From positions 393,237 to 457,236 of the forward strand of contig CAZVXT010000001.1 of assembly GCA_964631145.1 (NCBI GenBank): 64,000 nucleotides of DNA, written 5' to 3'. Of this stretch, positions 8,491-17,992 are shown one piece after another. The stretch is from an uncultured Candidatus Saccharibacteria bacterium (GTDB lineage Bacteria; Patescibacteriota; Doudnabacteria; UBA920). Below the pieces are notes generated by a model. The model saw only the letters and a program-made list of their open reading frames with translations, made no database searches and had not been told where the DNA came from. The position numbers and the translations under genes were made by a program. The stretch's first letter is position 1. Each line of letters begins with the position of its first letter.

Positions 8491-9802
8491 GTATTTTTTG
8501 TCCTTCAGGAGTATCTTTAAGTTCAAATCCAAAGGCTTCGATTTGCTGACGGAGCTGGTCTGATTGGGTAAAATCTTTATTGTCTCTTGCAAGTTGTCTT
8601 TGATTTAATAATTCTTGTATGTTTTCAGGAACTTCTGCATTTGGATCGTTTAATGCAATACCTAAAATTTGAGCGTACATGAGTGTATTGTCTTTGTCTT
8701 CGTTCATGATGGCAATAGCTTTTGGAGAATTTAAATTGTCATTTAGATTGGCTAAAAAATGAGGGTTTAATTGATAGTTTTCTAATCTAAGTAATGAATT
8801 GCTTAATTTATGACGAGTAATCTTTGCTGCGGTAATCGCATCCCAAGTAAAGTTGCTTTGGGTAGAATATAAGCTTTGCAAAAATAAATAGCGCAAATCC
8901 ATACCTTCAAAACCTTTATCTTCTAAGTCTTGTAATGTATAAAAATTATTTAAGCTTTTAGACATCTTTTTGCCATCTACTAACAAATGTTCAAAATGCA
9001 CCCAAGTATCTACAAATGGACCTAGAGGCAAACTTTGGGCAATTTCGTTAGTATGGTGGGGGAATATCAAATCAACCCCACCAGTATGGATATCTATCAG
9101 TTGTCCGTCAAAAGCTTTGTAATTAATTGCCGAACACTCGATGTGCCAACCAGGTCTGCCTTTTCCTAAAGTAGCATGGTCCCAAAAAATCTGTGCATCG
9201 GTATCTTCTTGCCAAGCTTTCCAGAGTGCAAAATCGCTTAAGTTATCCTTATCATACTCATCTACTTTAACTCTTGCTCCAATGTTTTTGCCTTCAAGAA
9301 ATTTTTCTCCCACGAGTTGTCCGTAATTGCCAAATTTCTCTTGATACTTTTCTATACTAAAATAAGTGCTGCCGTCTTCAGCTTTGTATGCAAAACCTAA
9401 ATCGATTAATTTAACAATAAATTCTTGTATTTCTGGTATAACATCTGTGACATTAATAAACTCTATGCTATCAATATCTACTCCAACTTTATCTAGGTCT
9501 TCTAGAAAAGTTTTTGTAAACTGCTTTGTATGTTGCTGTAGGTTTTCTACATTTGCAGTTTGTCCAAATTGAGCAACTGTAGATTTGATGGTCTTATCGT
9601 CTATATCAGTGATGTTCATAACCCATCTTACATTTTGCCCACTGGTTTTTAAAGTTCTAACTAGTAGGTCTGCCATAATAAAGCTACGCAAATTTCCAAT
9701 GTGTGCTTTGCCATATACAGTAGGTCCGCAAGAGTAAAAATTTAAAACTTCTTTCGGTGTGATTTCTTTGATTTTTTTGGTTAAACTGTCGTAAATTTGC
9801 AT
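8480..9802 (-). CDS. cysS: Cysteine--tRNA ligase
   Basis: CGPTVY, HIGN, GRPGWHIEC, KMSKS. Confidence 0.97.
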   Translation of the reverse strand: MQIYDSLTKKIKEITPKEVLNFYSCGPTVYGKAHIGNLRSFIMADLLVRTLKTSGQNVRWVMNITDIDDKTIKSTVAQFGQTANVENLQQHTKQFTKTFLEDLDKVGVDIDSIEFINVTDVIPEIQEFIVKLIDLGFAYKAEDGSTYFSIEKYQEKFGNYGQLVGEKFLEGKNIGARVKVDEYDKDNLSDFALWKAWQEDTDAQIFWDHATLGKGRPGWHIECSAINYKAFDGQLIDIHTGGVDLIFPHHTNEIAQSLPLGPFVDTWVHFEHLLVDGKKMSKSLNNFYTLQDLEDKGFEGMDLRYLFLQSLYSTQSNFTWDAITAAKITRHKLSNSLLRLENYQLNPHFLANLNDNLNSPKAIAIMNEDKDNTLMYAQILGIALNDPNAEVPENIQELLNQRQLARDNKDFTQSDQLRQQIEAFGFELKDTPEGQKIQKK

Positions 9803-9899
9803 AAATATAACTGAAAATTTAAAAGTTATTGTAAATTTAGCTTAGCAAAAAATAATAAATATGTCATTTTTAAAGCAAATTAAAAAGCACCTATAGGTG

Positions 9900-11624
9900 C
9901 TAAATAATTTTGTGCTTATGTCCTAGTTTGTCCAATGCATGTAAATGCTTCTTTTTAATTTTAGCTAAGGAAGTAACAGTATGATCTTGCCCAACTAAAT
10001 CTGCTAAGTGCATACCACCAACGAAGTGCTGCAAGAGAACATAATCTGCTCCTTTAGCGTATAAAGTTCGTGCATCTTCTTCATCTTCTGCTACTAAGAT
10101 TAACTTAATGCGGGTGCGATTTCTTTTTACAAATTCTAAAATTGTCATGTTATCGGCAAAGCTAGGCACGGTAGAAATTATCATGTCAGCTTTATTTAAA
10201 TTAGCAAGTTCTTGAATAAAGGGATCAGTGATATCTCCGCAAACCGCTTCATAACCGTCGTGTTTAAAATGCTCAACCAAATCTGGATTAAAGTCTATTA
10301 GAAGTAATTTGTTCTTGTGTAAATGTATTGCGTCCAAAATATGACTTCCTAAACGATGTATTCCAATTACAACCACATGTCCCGTTAAAGGCTTTTTATC
10401 TAAAAGTTTTTCATTGGTAGTTTTGTGAAAATCAAATACCCAAAGAATTGGATGCAGCCAATTAAATATTTTTTCTGCATAAAGAATCCCGTAAGATGAT
10501 AGGGCAATTGTGGCTATGCCGACTAAAGTTACAATAGTTACATGAATATCCGTAACATATCCGCCAATCAATCCAATGGACATTAGAATAAGGCTAAACT
10601 CGGAGATTTGCGCGACTGTAACACCAGTCATAAAAGATACGCGTGGTTTGTAACCCATCAGTCCTAAAATAATCATCACTATTAGAGGATTGCCAATTAA
10701 CACAAACAATGTTAGCACCACAGCCGGGATTATTGCTTGCCCAATATTATTAAACATCAATTGTGAACCCAAAACTATAAAGAAAATAATAATGAAGAAG
10801 TCTCTAATAGGTTTGATTCTCCCGCTCATCTGATAGTGCACGCCAGTATTGGCAAGTGCAAGCCCTGCTACAAAACCCCCAATTGCTGCATTGAAGCCTA
10901 TTATTGGTAAAGAAAATACCATAGCTAATCCAAGCGACCAAGCAAGTGCAAATAGTAAAACTAATTCATCAGATTTTTGAACAGTTTTTATAATTTTTGG
11001 AAAAACAAATTTGGTAAGCCAAATTACTATCGTACCCAAAATAAAAGCTTTTGCGATTGTAATAACGATTTGTCCTGTAGTAGAAAGATCGCCAAAATGG
11101 CTACTTTGTCCAGTTTGAGTTAATGCAGATAAGAAAATTAAAATAAAAATTGCCGCAACGTCCTGCATTAAAAATATGCCAATTGCAAGCTTGCCGTATA
11201 GGCTGTTTAGATCCTTTTTTTCTGATAATAACTTAACAACAATAATAGTTGAAGAAAAGGTGAGTGCAATAGCAATGTATCCTGCTGCCCATGAGGTGAT
11301 TCCTAACAAATGAATTAAAATAAATCCAAATAAAGAAGTAAAAACAATTTGTCCAAGTCCTGCAAAAATTGCTGCTTTTCCTATTCGTTTAAGTTGTCCT
11401 ATGTCCAAATCCAGTCCCACCATAAATAATAGTAGGGTAATACCAATTTCTGATAAGCCTTTTAAAATTTCTCCATTATGAAAATTTGCAAATCCAAGAG
11501 GTCCAATTATCAATCCCACAATAATGTAAGCAATGATGCTTGGTTGCTTTAAAAAATGCATAAAGTAAGCAATTACTCCTGCACCAATCAAAACTAAAGT
11601 AAGTTCTGTAAATAAACTATCCAT
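9900..11624 (-). CDS. CPA2 cation:proton antiporter with TrkA-N domain (Kef-like)
   Basis: LLFMVGL, FSSTIIVVK, QD, QISEFS; C-terminal KTN domain. Confidence 0.9.
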   Translation of the reverse strand: MDSLFTELTLVLIGAGVIAYFMHFLKQPSIIAYIIVGLIIGPLGFANFHNGEILKGLSEIGITLLLFMVGLDLDIGQLKRIGKAAIFAGLGQIVFTSLFGFILIHLLGITSWAAGYIAIALTFSSTIIVVKLLSEKKDLNSLYGKLAIGIFLMQDVAAIFILIFLSALTQTGQSSHFGDLSTTGQIVITIAKAFILGTIVIWLTKFVFPKIIKTVQKSDELVLLFALAWSLGLAMVFSLPIIGFNAAIGGFVAGLALANTGVHYQMSGRIKPIRDFFIIIFFIVLGSQLMFNNIGQAIIPAVVLTLFVLIGNPLIVMIILGLMGYKPRVSFMTGVTVAQISEFSLILMSIGLIGGYVTDIHVTIVTLVGIATIALSSYGILYAEKIFNWLHPILWVFDFHKTTNEKLLDKKPLTGHVVVIGIHRLGSHILDAIHLHKNKLLLIDFNPDLVEHFKHDGYEAVCGDITDPFIQELANLNKADMIISTVPSFADNMTILEFVKRNRTRIKLILVAEDEEDARTLYAKGADYVLLQHFVGGMHLADLVGQDHTVTSLAKIKKKHLHALDKLGHKHKII

Positions 11625-11713
11625 GTAGACTTTTATGTTTGTTTCAATTTCGAAGTTTTAATTATTATAACATAATTTGCCGATTCATTAGTTTGCAGGT
11701 ACAATTATATTGT

Positions 11714-12304
11714 ATGCATTACTCTAAATACGATGCTATTTTTATGATCGGTCCTCAAGGTTCTGGAAAAGGAACTCAGGGTCGAGTTTTGGCCGAACAG
11801 ATCGGCTTTTTCTATTGGGAAATGGGCGCAATTCTTCGTGAAGAAGCAAAAAAAGATACCCCTTTTGGAAAAAAAGTTAAGAGTCTGATTGATGCTGGTC
11901 ATTTGCTTGAAGATGACGAGCTTTACCGTGTTTTAAATACAGAATTACCAGAAGTTATAAAACATAAGCGTGTGTTGTTTGATGGTGTTCCAAGACGTGT
12001 AGGACAAGGCTTGTACTTAATGCATTATTTAGAGCAAAATGGTTTTAAAGAATTTGCAACAATTTCTATAGAAGTCCCAAAGGAAGAATCTATTAAGCGC
12101 TTATTAGAACGAGCACATCATGAGTTTCGTGTTGATGATACTCCAGAAAAAATTGCTTATAGATTAGATTTATATGATAAAGAGACTGTACCGGTATTGA
12201 AATTTTTGCAAGGTATAGGAGATTTTTATGCTATTGATGGTATGGGATCTGTTGAAAATGTAAAAGTTAGAATTGATCAAGCTTTAGAAGTAAACTCTGA
12301 TTAA
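11714..12304 (+). CDS. adk: Adenylate kinase family protein (copy 1)
   Basis: GPQGSGKGTQ, FDGVPR, RVDD; start at ATG 11714 behind TACAAT. Confidence 0.85.
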   Translation: MHYSKYDAIFMIGPQGSGKGTQGRVLAEQIGFFYWEMGAILREEAKKDTPFGKKVKSLIDAGHLLEDDELYRVLNTELPEVIKHKRVLFDGVPRRVGQGLYLMHYLEQNGFKEFATISIEVPKEESIKRLLERAHHEFRVDDTPEKIAYRLDLYDKETVPVLKFLQGIGDFYAIDGMGSVENVKVRIDQALEVNSD

Positions 12305-12307
12305 TAT

Positions 12308-12979
12308 ATGAAGCTTAAAGTTGGTGCTAAACCTTTCAATCTTATCTTGCTTGGCGATCCTGGTGCAGGTAAAGCTACTCAGACAGCTTATCTAGCTAAG
12401 AAGTATGGTATGTATGATTTTGACATGGGTGAAGAATTGGCAAAGATGAGGTTAATAGATTCTAAATTCGATAGTTTATGTAAAAAGACTATTGATCAAG
12501 GGAAATTAGCTCCAACATCTATAGTGACCAAGCTGTACGCAGCCATTATTCCTAAGATTCCAAAAAATCAGGGGATAGTTTTTGATGGACATCCACGCAT
12601 GGTCCCTGAAGCAAAATTTGTAATTAACTTATTAAAAAAGAGTGGACGTAGTGAGCCTCTTGTGGTATATTTACATATCAATCATAGAGAGATGTATAAG
12701 CGCCTTAAAAATCGCAAAGGCTATAGTAGTTCTAAGAATAAAAAGCGTGCAGATGATAGTCCTAAAGCTATCGTTAATAGATTGAAGTACTATAAAACTG
12801 AAGTTCAAAATACATTAGCTTATTTTGGCAAACATTATAGCACTGCAGGAGTAGATGGTTTGGGTAGTAAGGTTGATGTTAAAAAAAGATTCGAAAAAGT
12901 AATTAAACACTATTTATTTAACTATAAAGATTTTAAAAGTTGTGGGATGGTAATGCATTATAATGACAAGAGCTGTTAA
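12308..12979 (+). CDS. adk: Adenylate kinase family protein (copy 2)
   Basis: GDPGAGKATQ, FDGHPR, RADD. Confidence 0.8.
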   Translation: MKLKVGAKPFNLILLGDPGAGKATQTAYLAKKYGMYDFDMGEELAKMRLIDSKFDSLCKKTIDQGKLAPTSIVTKLYAAIIPKIPKNQGIVFDGHPRMVPEAKFVINLLKKSGRSEPLVVYLHINHREMYKRLKNRKGYSSSKNKKRADDSPKAIVNRLKYYKTEVQNTLAYFGKHYSTAGVDGLGSKVDVKKRFEKVIKHYLFNYKDFKSCGMVMHYNDKSC

Positions 12980-13721
12980 AAAACCAGAAGAAATTAAGAT
13001 TATCGCCGAGGGTGGCAAACTCTTAGGCGATATTTTGCGTCGCACTGCTAAGTTAGCTAAACCTGGAATATCTACTTTAGAGTTAAATGATTTTGCGGAA
13101 AGCCAAATTATTGCTTGTGGCGGGCGTCCAAGTTTTGTTGGTTATGGCGATAGGTATAATCCGTTCCCAGCAGGTCTTTGTACTTCTATTAACGATGTAG
13201 TGGTTCATGGAATTCCTTCTAGTGAAGATATTTTAAAGGAAGGTGATATTATTGGGCTTGATATTGGTATGGAATATAAAGGATTTTATACAGACACTGC
13301 CATTACTGTTCCAGTTGGCAAAATTTCTGACACAGCTCAAAAAATTATTGATGTCACAAAAAAATCTTTAAATGCGGCGATTGCGGCTGCGGTTGCAGGC
13401 GGAAAGATTGGTGACATTGGTTACGCAACTCAAAGCGTTGTAGAAAAGGCTGGTTTTAGTGTTGTTAGAGATTTAGTTGGGCATGGCGTTGGTTATGCTG
13501 TACATGAAGATCCTCAAGTTCCAGGATATGGAGTTAAAGGTAAGGGCTTAACTTTAGAAGAAGGTATGGTGTTAGCTATCGAACCTATGGTTTGTGAAAA
13601 TAAACCTAATGTTTATTTCGACACTGATGGTTGGACTATTCGTTCTAATGATGGTGGATTAACCGCTCACTTTGAGCACACTGTCGTTATAACAAAAAAA
13701 GGTGCAAAAATTTTAACATAA
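12963..13721 (+). CDS. map: Methionine aminopeptidase type I
   Basis: CTSINDVVVHGIP, DTAIT, GHGVG..HEDP, AIEPM, HFEHT. Confidence 0.97.
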   Translation: MTRAVKKPEEIKIIAEGGKLLGDILRRTAKLAKPGISTLELNDFAESQIIACGGRPSFVGYGDRYNPFPAGLCTSINDVVVHGIPSSEDILKEGDIIGLDIGMEYKGFYTDTAITVPVGKISDTAQKIIDVTKKSLNAAIAAAVAGGKIGDIGYATQSVVEKAGFSVVRDLVGHGVGYAVHEDPQVPGYGVKGKGLTLEEGMVLAIEPMVCENKPNVYFDTDGWTIRSNDGGLTAHFEHTVVITKKGAKILT

Positions 13722-13726
13722 ATAGT

Positions 13727-14260
13727 ATGGCAGAAGAAATTTTGGCATGATATGATGCTAATCAAAAATTAATAGCACCTCAGCTTAGAAGTATTGCCTT
13801 GGCAGAGCCATTTCCTGACTACTATCATGCTGTGGCAAATGTTTGGTTGATAAACAAAGAACTAAAGATGCTGGTTTCCAAACGATCCTCTTTGGTTAAA
13901 GCTCATGCTGGTAAATGGCAAACTAGATTTGGTGGGCATGTGGTATCTGGACATGGTTTTATAGAAACAGCTATTAATGAGCTTCAGGAAGAAGCTGGGC
14001 TTATTGTATCCGCAAAACATTTGATTTTGGTTGAAAAAGGTGTTTATGAGGACCATAAACATTTTTACGAAAGTTATATGCTTATTTTTGATCCGGCAAA
14101 ACATAAAGTATTTTTTAATGATGGGGAAGTTGAAGATGTAAAATGGATGAATTTTGCAGAATATAATTTGGATAAAGAACAAAATCCTCAAAATTGGTGT
14201 AATGGTATAGATCTGCCAATTCAGCAAAAAATTGTAGATTATTTTAAAACCACCAAATAG
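13727..14260 (+). pseudogene. NUDIX hydrolase (IDI-like) interrupted by in-frame TGA at codon 8
   Basis: MAEEILA*YDANQKLIAPQLR in frame with 13799 ORF; Nudix box GGHVVSG..TAINELQEEAGL. Confidence 0.7.
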
Positions 14261-14271
14261 CGGTTTTATAT

Positions 14272-14300
14272 TTGACAAAATATAAAAAATGTGATAAAAT
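14272..14300 (+). promoter_or_regulatory. sigma70 promoter
   Basis: TTGACA-17-TAAAAT with TG extension. Confidence 0.75.
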
Positions 14301-14363
14301 TTAGAAAATCTTTTTAAAGATTATTTTACAGTCTGAACAGACTTAAAACTAAGGAGGATAAAA

Positions 14364-15473
14364 ATGAGTAGTCAAGAAATATCAATTGTAGAGCCAGGCT
14401 TTGAGGTTTATGGAAGAATTGACCAAAAAATGCGTAATGATTTCATGTTGGTGTCTCAAAAAAAAATTCCCGGTGATTGGCAAACTTTTACAAATTCAAA
14501 AGGTGAAAAAGTAACTTTGCCAAAAAGAAAACTCCAAGAGTTTTCTGGTGACCAGTGGAGACTTGCTCCAAATGCGGATCAAAAATTGGATTTGGCAAGA
14601 AGAAAAAAAATATATTTATCATACGAACAGTTTGATAAATTACCAAATTCATATTTTTGGTTATATAACGACCAAAAAAATGTCAAAATCAAAACCTGTC
14701 GCAGGATTGGTGGTGAAATTGATATTGAAACTGTTTGGGGTATAGTCACACTCAAAAAAGGCGATTCGGTATGTATTCAGCCAAATGGAGAAATATTTTT
14801 GGTCAAAGGTCCTTTGCATTTTTGTGGTAATTCTGTTGAGCAAAAAATTCGTCGAATTGTTGCACAAAACAGGTTGCCTCAGAGTCTTGTGAAAATGATT
14901 GATCATAACTTTACACCCTCAATTATGCCTTTTAATGGGGGTATAAGATTTGGTAATGATGCCGAATCAATTGTTGTTGAATTAATCATTAGAGGTTACG
15001 GAGGGTTTAGTAGGCAGGCTGTTTCTAAGGTATATGTAACTCCTGCCGTAGACGATGACACATTGAGTGTGTTTGAAGATTATCTGTTTGTGTATAAGTC
15101 TTCATCCAGCCCCGCTCTTGATTATTATATTGAACAAGAGCAACGCCTAAAGGGTGAAGAAACAGCCTGGCTTTTACAGCAAGCTGAAGAACGAGAGAAG
15201 CAAGAAGCTAAAGAAATAGAAAAACAGCGAGACAAATTGTTTTTCCAAATTGAAGATTTTTTGCAAACTGTGCAAATAATTAAAACTGTTGAAGTATATG
15301 GTAAAAAATATACTTATGGCAGAGGTAAGGTCTGCAAAGGCAACGTTTTTGGCAAATCTTGTAATTTGGAAAATCTCTTTGATACATTTCCAGTAGAAGG
15401 TCAACCAAGTATTTTGGAGCAAATTGCTGAAGATAGTGGTTTTGCAAAACCGAAAATTGGCTACAATGTTTAA
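14364..15473 (+). CDS. Hypothetical protein (orphan, SD-led)
   Basis: 369 aa, AAGGAGG RBS; PGDYG-like segment IETVWG..KGDSVCIQPNGEIF. Confidence 0.8.
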   Translation: MSSQEISIVEPGFEVYGRIDQKMRNDFMLVSQKKIPGDWQTFTNSKGEKVTLPKRKLQEFSGDQWRLAPNADQKLDLARRKKIYLSYEQFDKLPNSYFWLYNDQKNVKIKTCRRIGGEIDIETVWGIVTLKKGDSVCIQPNGEIFLVKGPLHFCGNSVEQKIRRIVAQNRLPQSLVKMIDHNFTPSIMPFNGGIRFGNDAESIVVELIIRGYGGFSRQAVSKVYVTPAVDDDTLSVFEDYLFVYKSSSSPALDYYIEQEQRLKGEETAWLLQQAEEREKQEAKEIEKQRDKLFFQIEDFLQTVQIIKTVEVYGKKYTYGRGKVCKGNVFGKSCNLENLFDTFPVEGQPSILEQIAEDSGFAKPKIGYNV

Positions 15474-15493
15474 TCTTAAATTTTAGATTAAAC

Positions 15494-15527
15494 AAAAGAC
15501 GGAAAATCTAAGTTTCCGTCTTTTTAT
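15494..15527. terminator. Bidirectional terminator
   Basis: AAAAGACGGAAA..TTTCCGTCTTTT. Confidence 0.8.
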
Positions 15528-15532
15528 TTAAC

Positions 15533-17293
15533 TTATAGAGTTTTATTTTTTATCTCATCAACTAGTTTATTTACAAACTCATGAACTTTAATTACACCTA
15601 AGTCTTGATCGCCGCGCCCTCTTACGGCTACGCTTTGAGCTTCCATTTCTTTATCCCCAACAACTAAAATATAGGGGGTTTTTTGTTTAGAAGCTTCGCG
15701 GATTCGCTTGCCCATGGATTCACTTCTACTATCTATATCTATTCTTGCTTCTGGATTTGCAGCTAGAATTTGCTCTTTAATTTGCTTGGCAAATTGTCCA
15801 TGCTTTTCGTCTGAAATTGGAACAATAACAGCTTGAACAGGGGAGAGCCATGTTGGCATATTGCCTGCAAAATGTTCGATTAAGAAGCCGATAAATCTTT
15901 CGTGCGTTCCTAAGGGTGCGCGGTGAATAATTGCTGGAGTCTTTTTTTGCCCATCTTGATCTGTGTATTCTAAACCAAAGCGTTTGCCCATATACAAGTC
16001 TAATTGATTGGTTGATGCAGTAAAAGATCGTCCAATTGATGAGTAAATTTGAAAATCCATCTTAGGTCCATAAAAAGCAGCACCTTCGTTTACAATCTTA
16101 AATTTGACACCAGATTTTTCCATAGCTTCTATGGTCATACGCTCTGCCTCTTTCCAGTCTTCTTCATCGCCATGATACTTATCCATCTTATTTGGATCGC
16201 GAAGAGCAAGCTCCATTTCATATTCATGAATACCTAATTGTTGATAATAATATTCATGAAGCTTGATTACTTTAACAAACTCTTCTACAGCATCTTCTCT
16301 TCTAACATATGTATGTGCATCATTCATTTGCATCCCTCTAACGCGCATTAATCCAAATAAACTACCACTATCTTCATAACGGTGGCACCAGCCGTATTCT
16401 GCGTATCTTACAGGTAAATCGCGGTAACTTTTTGGGCGAGCGGCAAAAGTCTTATGATGAAAAGGACAGTTCATTGGTTTGATATAGTAATTTTCATCTT
16501 CAATAACTATCGGTGCATACATACTATCTTTGTATAAAGGTAAGTGCCCAGAAGTATAAAACAAATCTTCTTTAGTAATAATTGGAGTTGTTACTCTTTG
16601 GTAGCCCCATTGGCGTTCTGTTTGCTTAGCCCAGTTTTCTAATTCTTCTTTGATAATATTTCCTTTTGGCAGCCATATTGGTAAACCTTTTCCAATAGCT
16701 TCATCAAAATGAAATAAATCTAACTCTTGTCCGATAATTCTATGGTCGCGCTTTTTTGCTTCCTCTAGCATTTCTAAGTGCGTTTGTAACTCTTCCGCAG
16801 TATCAAATGCTAACCCATAAATACGGGTAAGCATTTTGTTTTTTTCATTGCCGCGCCAGTAAGCGCCTGCAAGTTTGTGTAATTTAAAGCTTTGCGGATC
16901 GATGGTACTTAAATCTTCGCTGTGTCCGCCTTTGCAAAGATCCCAATAATCTCCGGATTTATAAAAACTGACTTTACTTCCGTCTTGTCTAAACTCTTCG
17001 ATTAATTCGTGTTTGTAGGGGTTGTTTGGATATTCTGCCTTAGCTTCTTCAGGTGTTAGTTCATGGCGTTCAAAAGTTTTCCAGGTAGGTAAGATTTTGC
17101 GCATAACCTTCTCGATTTTTGGCAAATCTTCCTCAGTTATTGGGTTTTCAAATTCGAAATCAAAATAAAATCCATCATCTATAGCAGGTCCAATTGTTCG
17201 TTTCGTGTTTGGGTATAGATTCATTACTGCGGCTGCTAAAAGGTGGGCAAGCGAGTGTCTTTTGTTTTGTAATTTTTCGTCTAGGATTGACAT
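15533..17293 (-). CDS. thrS: Threonine--tRNA ligase (no N-terminal TGS domain)
   Basis: RHSLAH, DLCKGGH, KRDHR, KPMNCP, GAAFYGPK, HRA; ATG 17293. Confidence 0.97.
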   Translation of the reverse strand: MSILDEKLQNKRHSLAHLLAAAVMNLYPNTKRTIGPAIDDGFYFDFEFENPITEEDLPKIEKVMRKILPTWKTFERHELTPEEAKAEYPNNPYKHELIEEFRQDGSKVSFYKSGDYWDLCKGGHSEDLSTIDPQSFKLHKLAGAYWRGNEKNKMLTRIYGLAFDTAEELQTHLEMLEEAKKRDHRIIGQELDLFHFDEAIGKGLPIWLPKGNIIKEELENWAKQTERQWGYQRVTTPIITKEDLFYTSGHLPLYKDSMYAPIVIEDENYYIKPMNCPFHHKTFAARPKSYRDLPVRYAEYGWCHRYEDSGSLFGLMRVRGMQMNDAHTYVRREDAVEEFVKVIKLHEYYYQQLGIHEYEMELALRDPNKMDKYHGDEEDWKEAERMTIEAMEKSGVKFKIVNEGAAFYGPKMDFQIYSSIGRSFTASTNQLDLYMGKRFGLEYTDQDGQKKTPAIIHRAPLGTHERFIGFLIEHFAGNMPTWLSPVQAVIVPISDEKHGQFAKQIKEQILAANPEARIDIDSRSESMGKRIREASKQKTPYILVVGDKEMEAQSVAVRGRGDQDLGVIKVHEFVNKLVDEIKNKTL

Positions 17294-17315
17294 AAGTGTA
17301 TTTTTCGAGTACAAT
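17287..17315 (+). promoter_or_regulatory. sigma70 promoter overlapping thrS start codon on the opposite strand
   Basis: TTGACA-17-TACAAT; TTGACAT is the reverse complement of thrS ATGTCAA. Confidence 0.7.
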
Positions 17316-17353
17316 TAATACTCGACTTAATGATAAATTTATGGAGGTAAAAT

Positions 17354-17557
17354 ATGAATTCTGCTGCTGCAGAAACTAAGAAAGAAGAATCAATTTTTGA
17401 GGAAGAATCAAATTATAAAGCTGTGACAATACCAGAAACAAAGTTTGCTCCGCCTGGAGCTGTTATGTGTAATTGGTGTTGCGGCGATGGTTGTAAGTCC
17501 TGCAATTATAAAGGGATAAAAACTTTTTCTTATTCCCGTGGATCTTCGATTTTATAA
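17354..17557 (+). CDS. Small Cys-rich protein with DnaJ-type zinc-finger-like motif
   Basis: GGAGGT RBS; CNWCCGDG-CKSCNYKG; ends at a bidirectional terminator. Confidence 0.7.
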   Translation: MNSAAAETKKEESIFEEESNYKAVTIPETKFAPPGAVMCNWCCGDGCKSCNYKGIKTFSYSRGSSIL

Positions 17558-17716
17558 ACAAAAAACCCAGAGATTAATGGTCTATTATTAGACTTCTAAT
17601 CTCTGGGGTCTTTTTTAAAGACGATTCCGTCCCAGCTTGCTTGCAACTTATTTGCAAGCCTTTTTATTTGATTGATTAAAAACTCCACGGTTGGTAGCCG
17701 GATCAATATTTTTAAC
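17556..17716 (-). promoter_or_regulatory. Minimal T-box riboswitch, Thr (ACC) specifier, ultrashort Stem I, no Stem II
   Basis: AAAAAU-AUU-GA-UCCGG-[CUACCAA]-CCGUG-GA-GUUUUU; Stem III GCUUGCAA/UUGCAAGC; antiterminator CUGGG-ACGGAAUC-GUCUUU..AAAGAC-CCCAG overlapping terminator CCCAGAGAUUA..UAAUCUCUGGG-U6; TGcTATACT at 17723-17731. Confidence 0.75.
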
Positions 17717-17756
17717 AAAATTAGTATAGCAGTTAATTTTGAAAAAGAAAATAGGG

Positions 17757-17986
17757 AAAAGAAAAAGGACTAAACAATTGTTTAGTCCGAAAGGAGACAA
17801 GAGAGACAAAATATGGAAAAAGTGAGAACGGGCAAAAATAGAAAATAATGATAACAGATGAAAAGATCTCTCTTGTAAAGTATCCTCCTAAGGATATGAG
17901 GGGTGCGACACAGTAATATTACTAGTCGCTTGAATGTGCTAACTAAAAGTTAGCGTATGAGAATGAAGACAAATGTCTTGTATCTC
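17757..17986 (-). ncRNA. Candidate ncRNA B (~230 nt)
   Basis: Four 5' hairpins, about 90-nt CU-rich tail ending GUCUCCUUUC, terminator GGACUAAACAAUUGUUUAGUCC-U5. Confidence 0.5.
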
Positions 17987-17992
17987 AATTTC

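Noticed and set aside
9803-9899. T-box upstream of cysS (also checked for alaS, 57349-57411)
   Set aside because: Spacers are too short and contain no UGGN antiterminator or K-turn stem
13748-13750. TGA recoding (code 25 or 4) for the genome
   Set aside because: All long genes are open under code 11 and TGA terminates several ORFs
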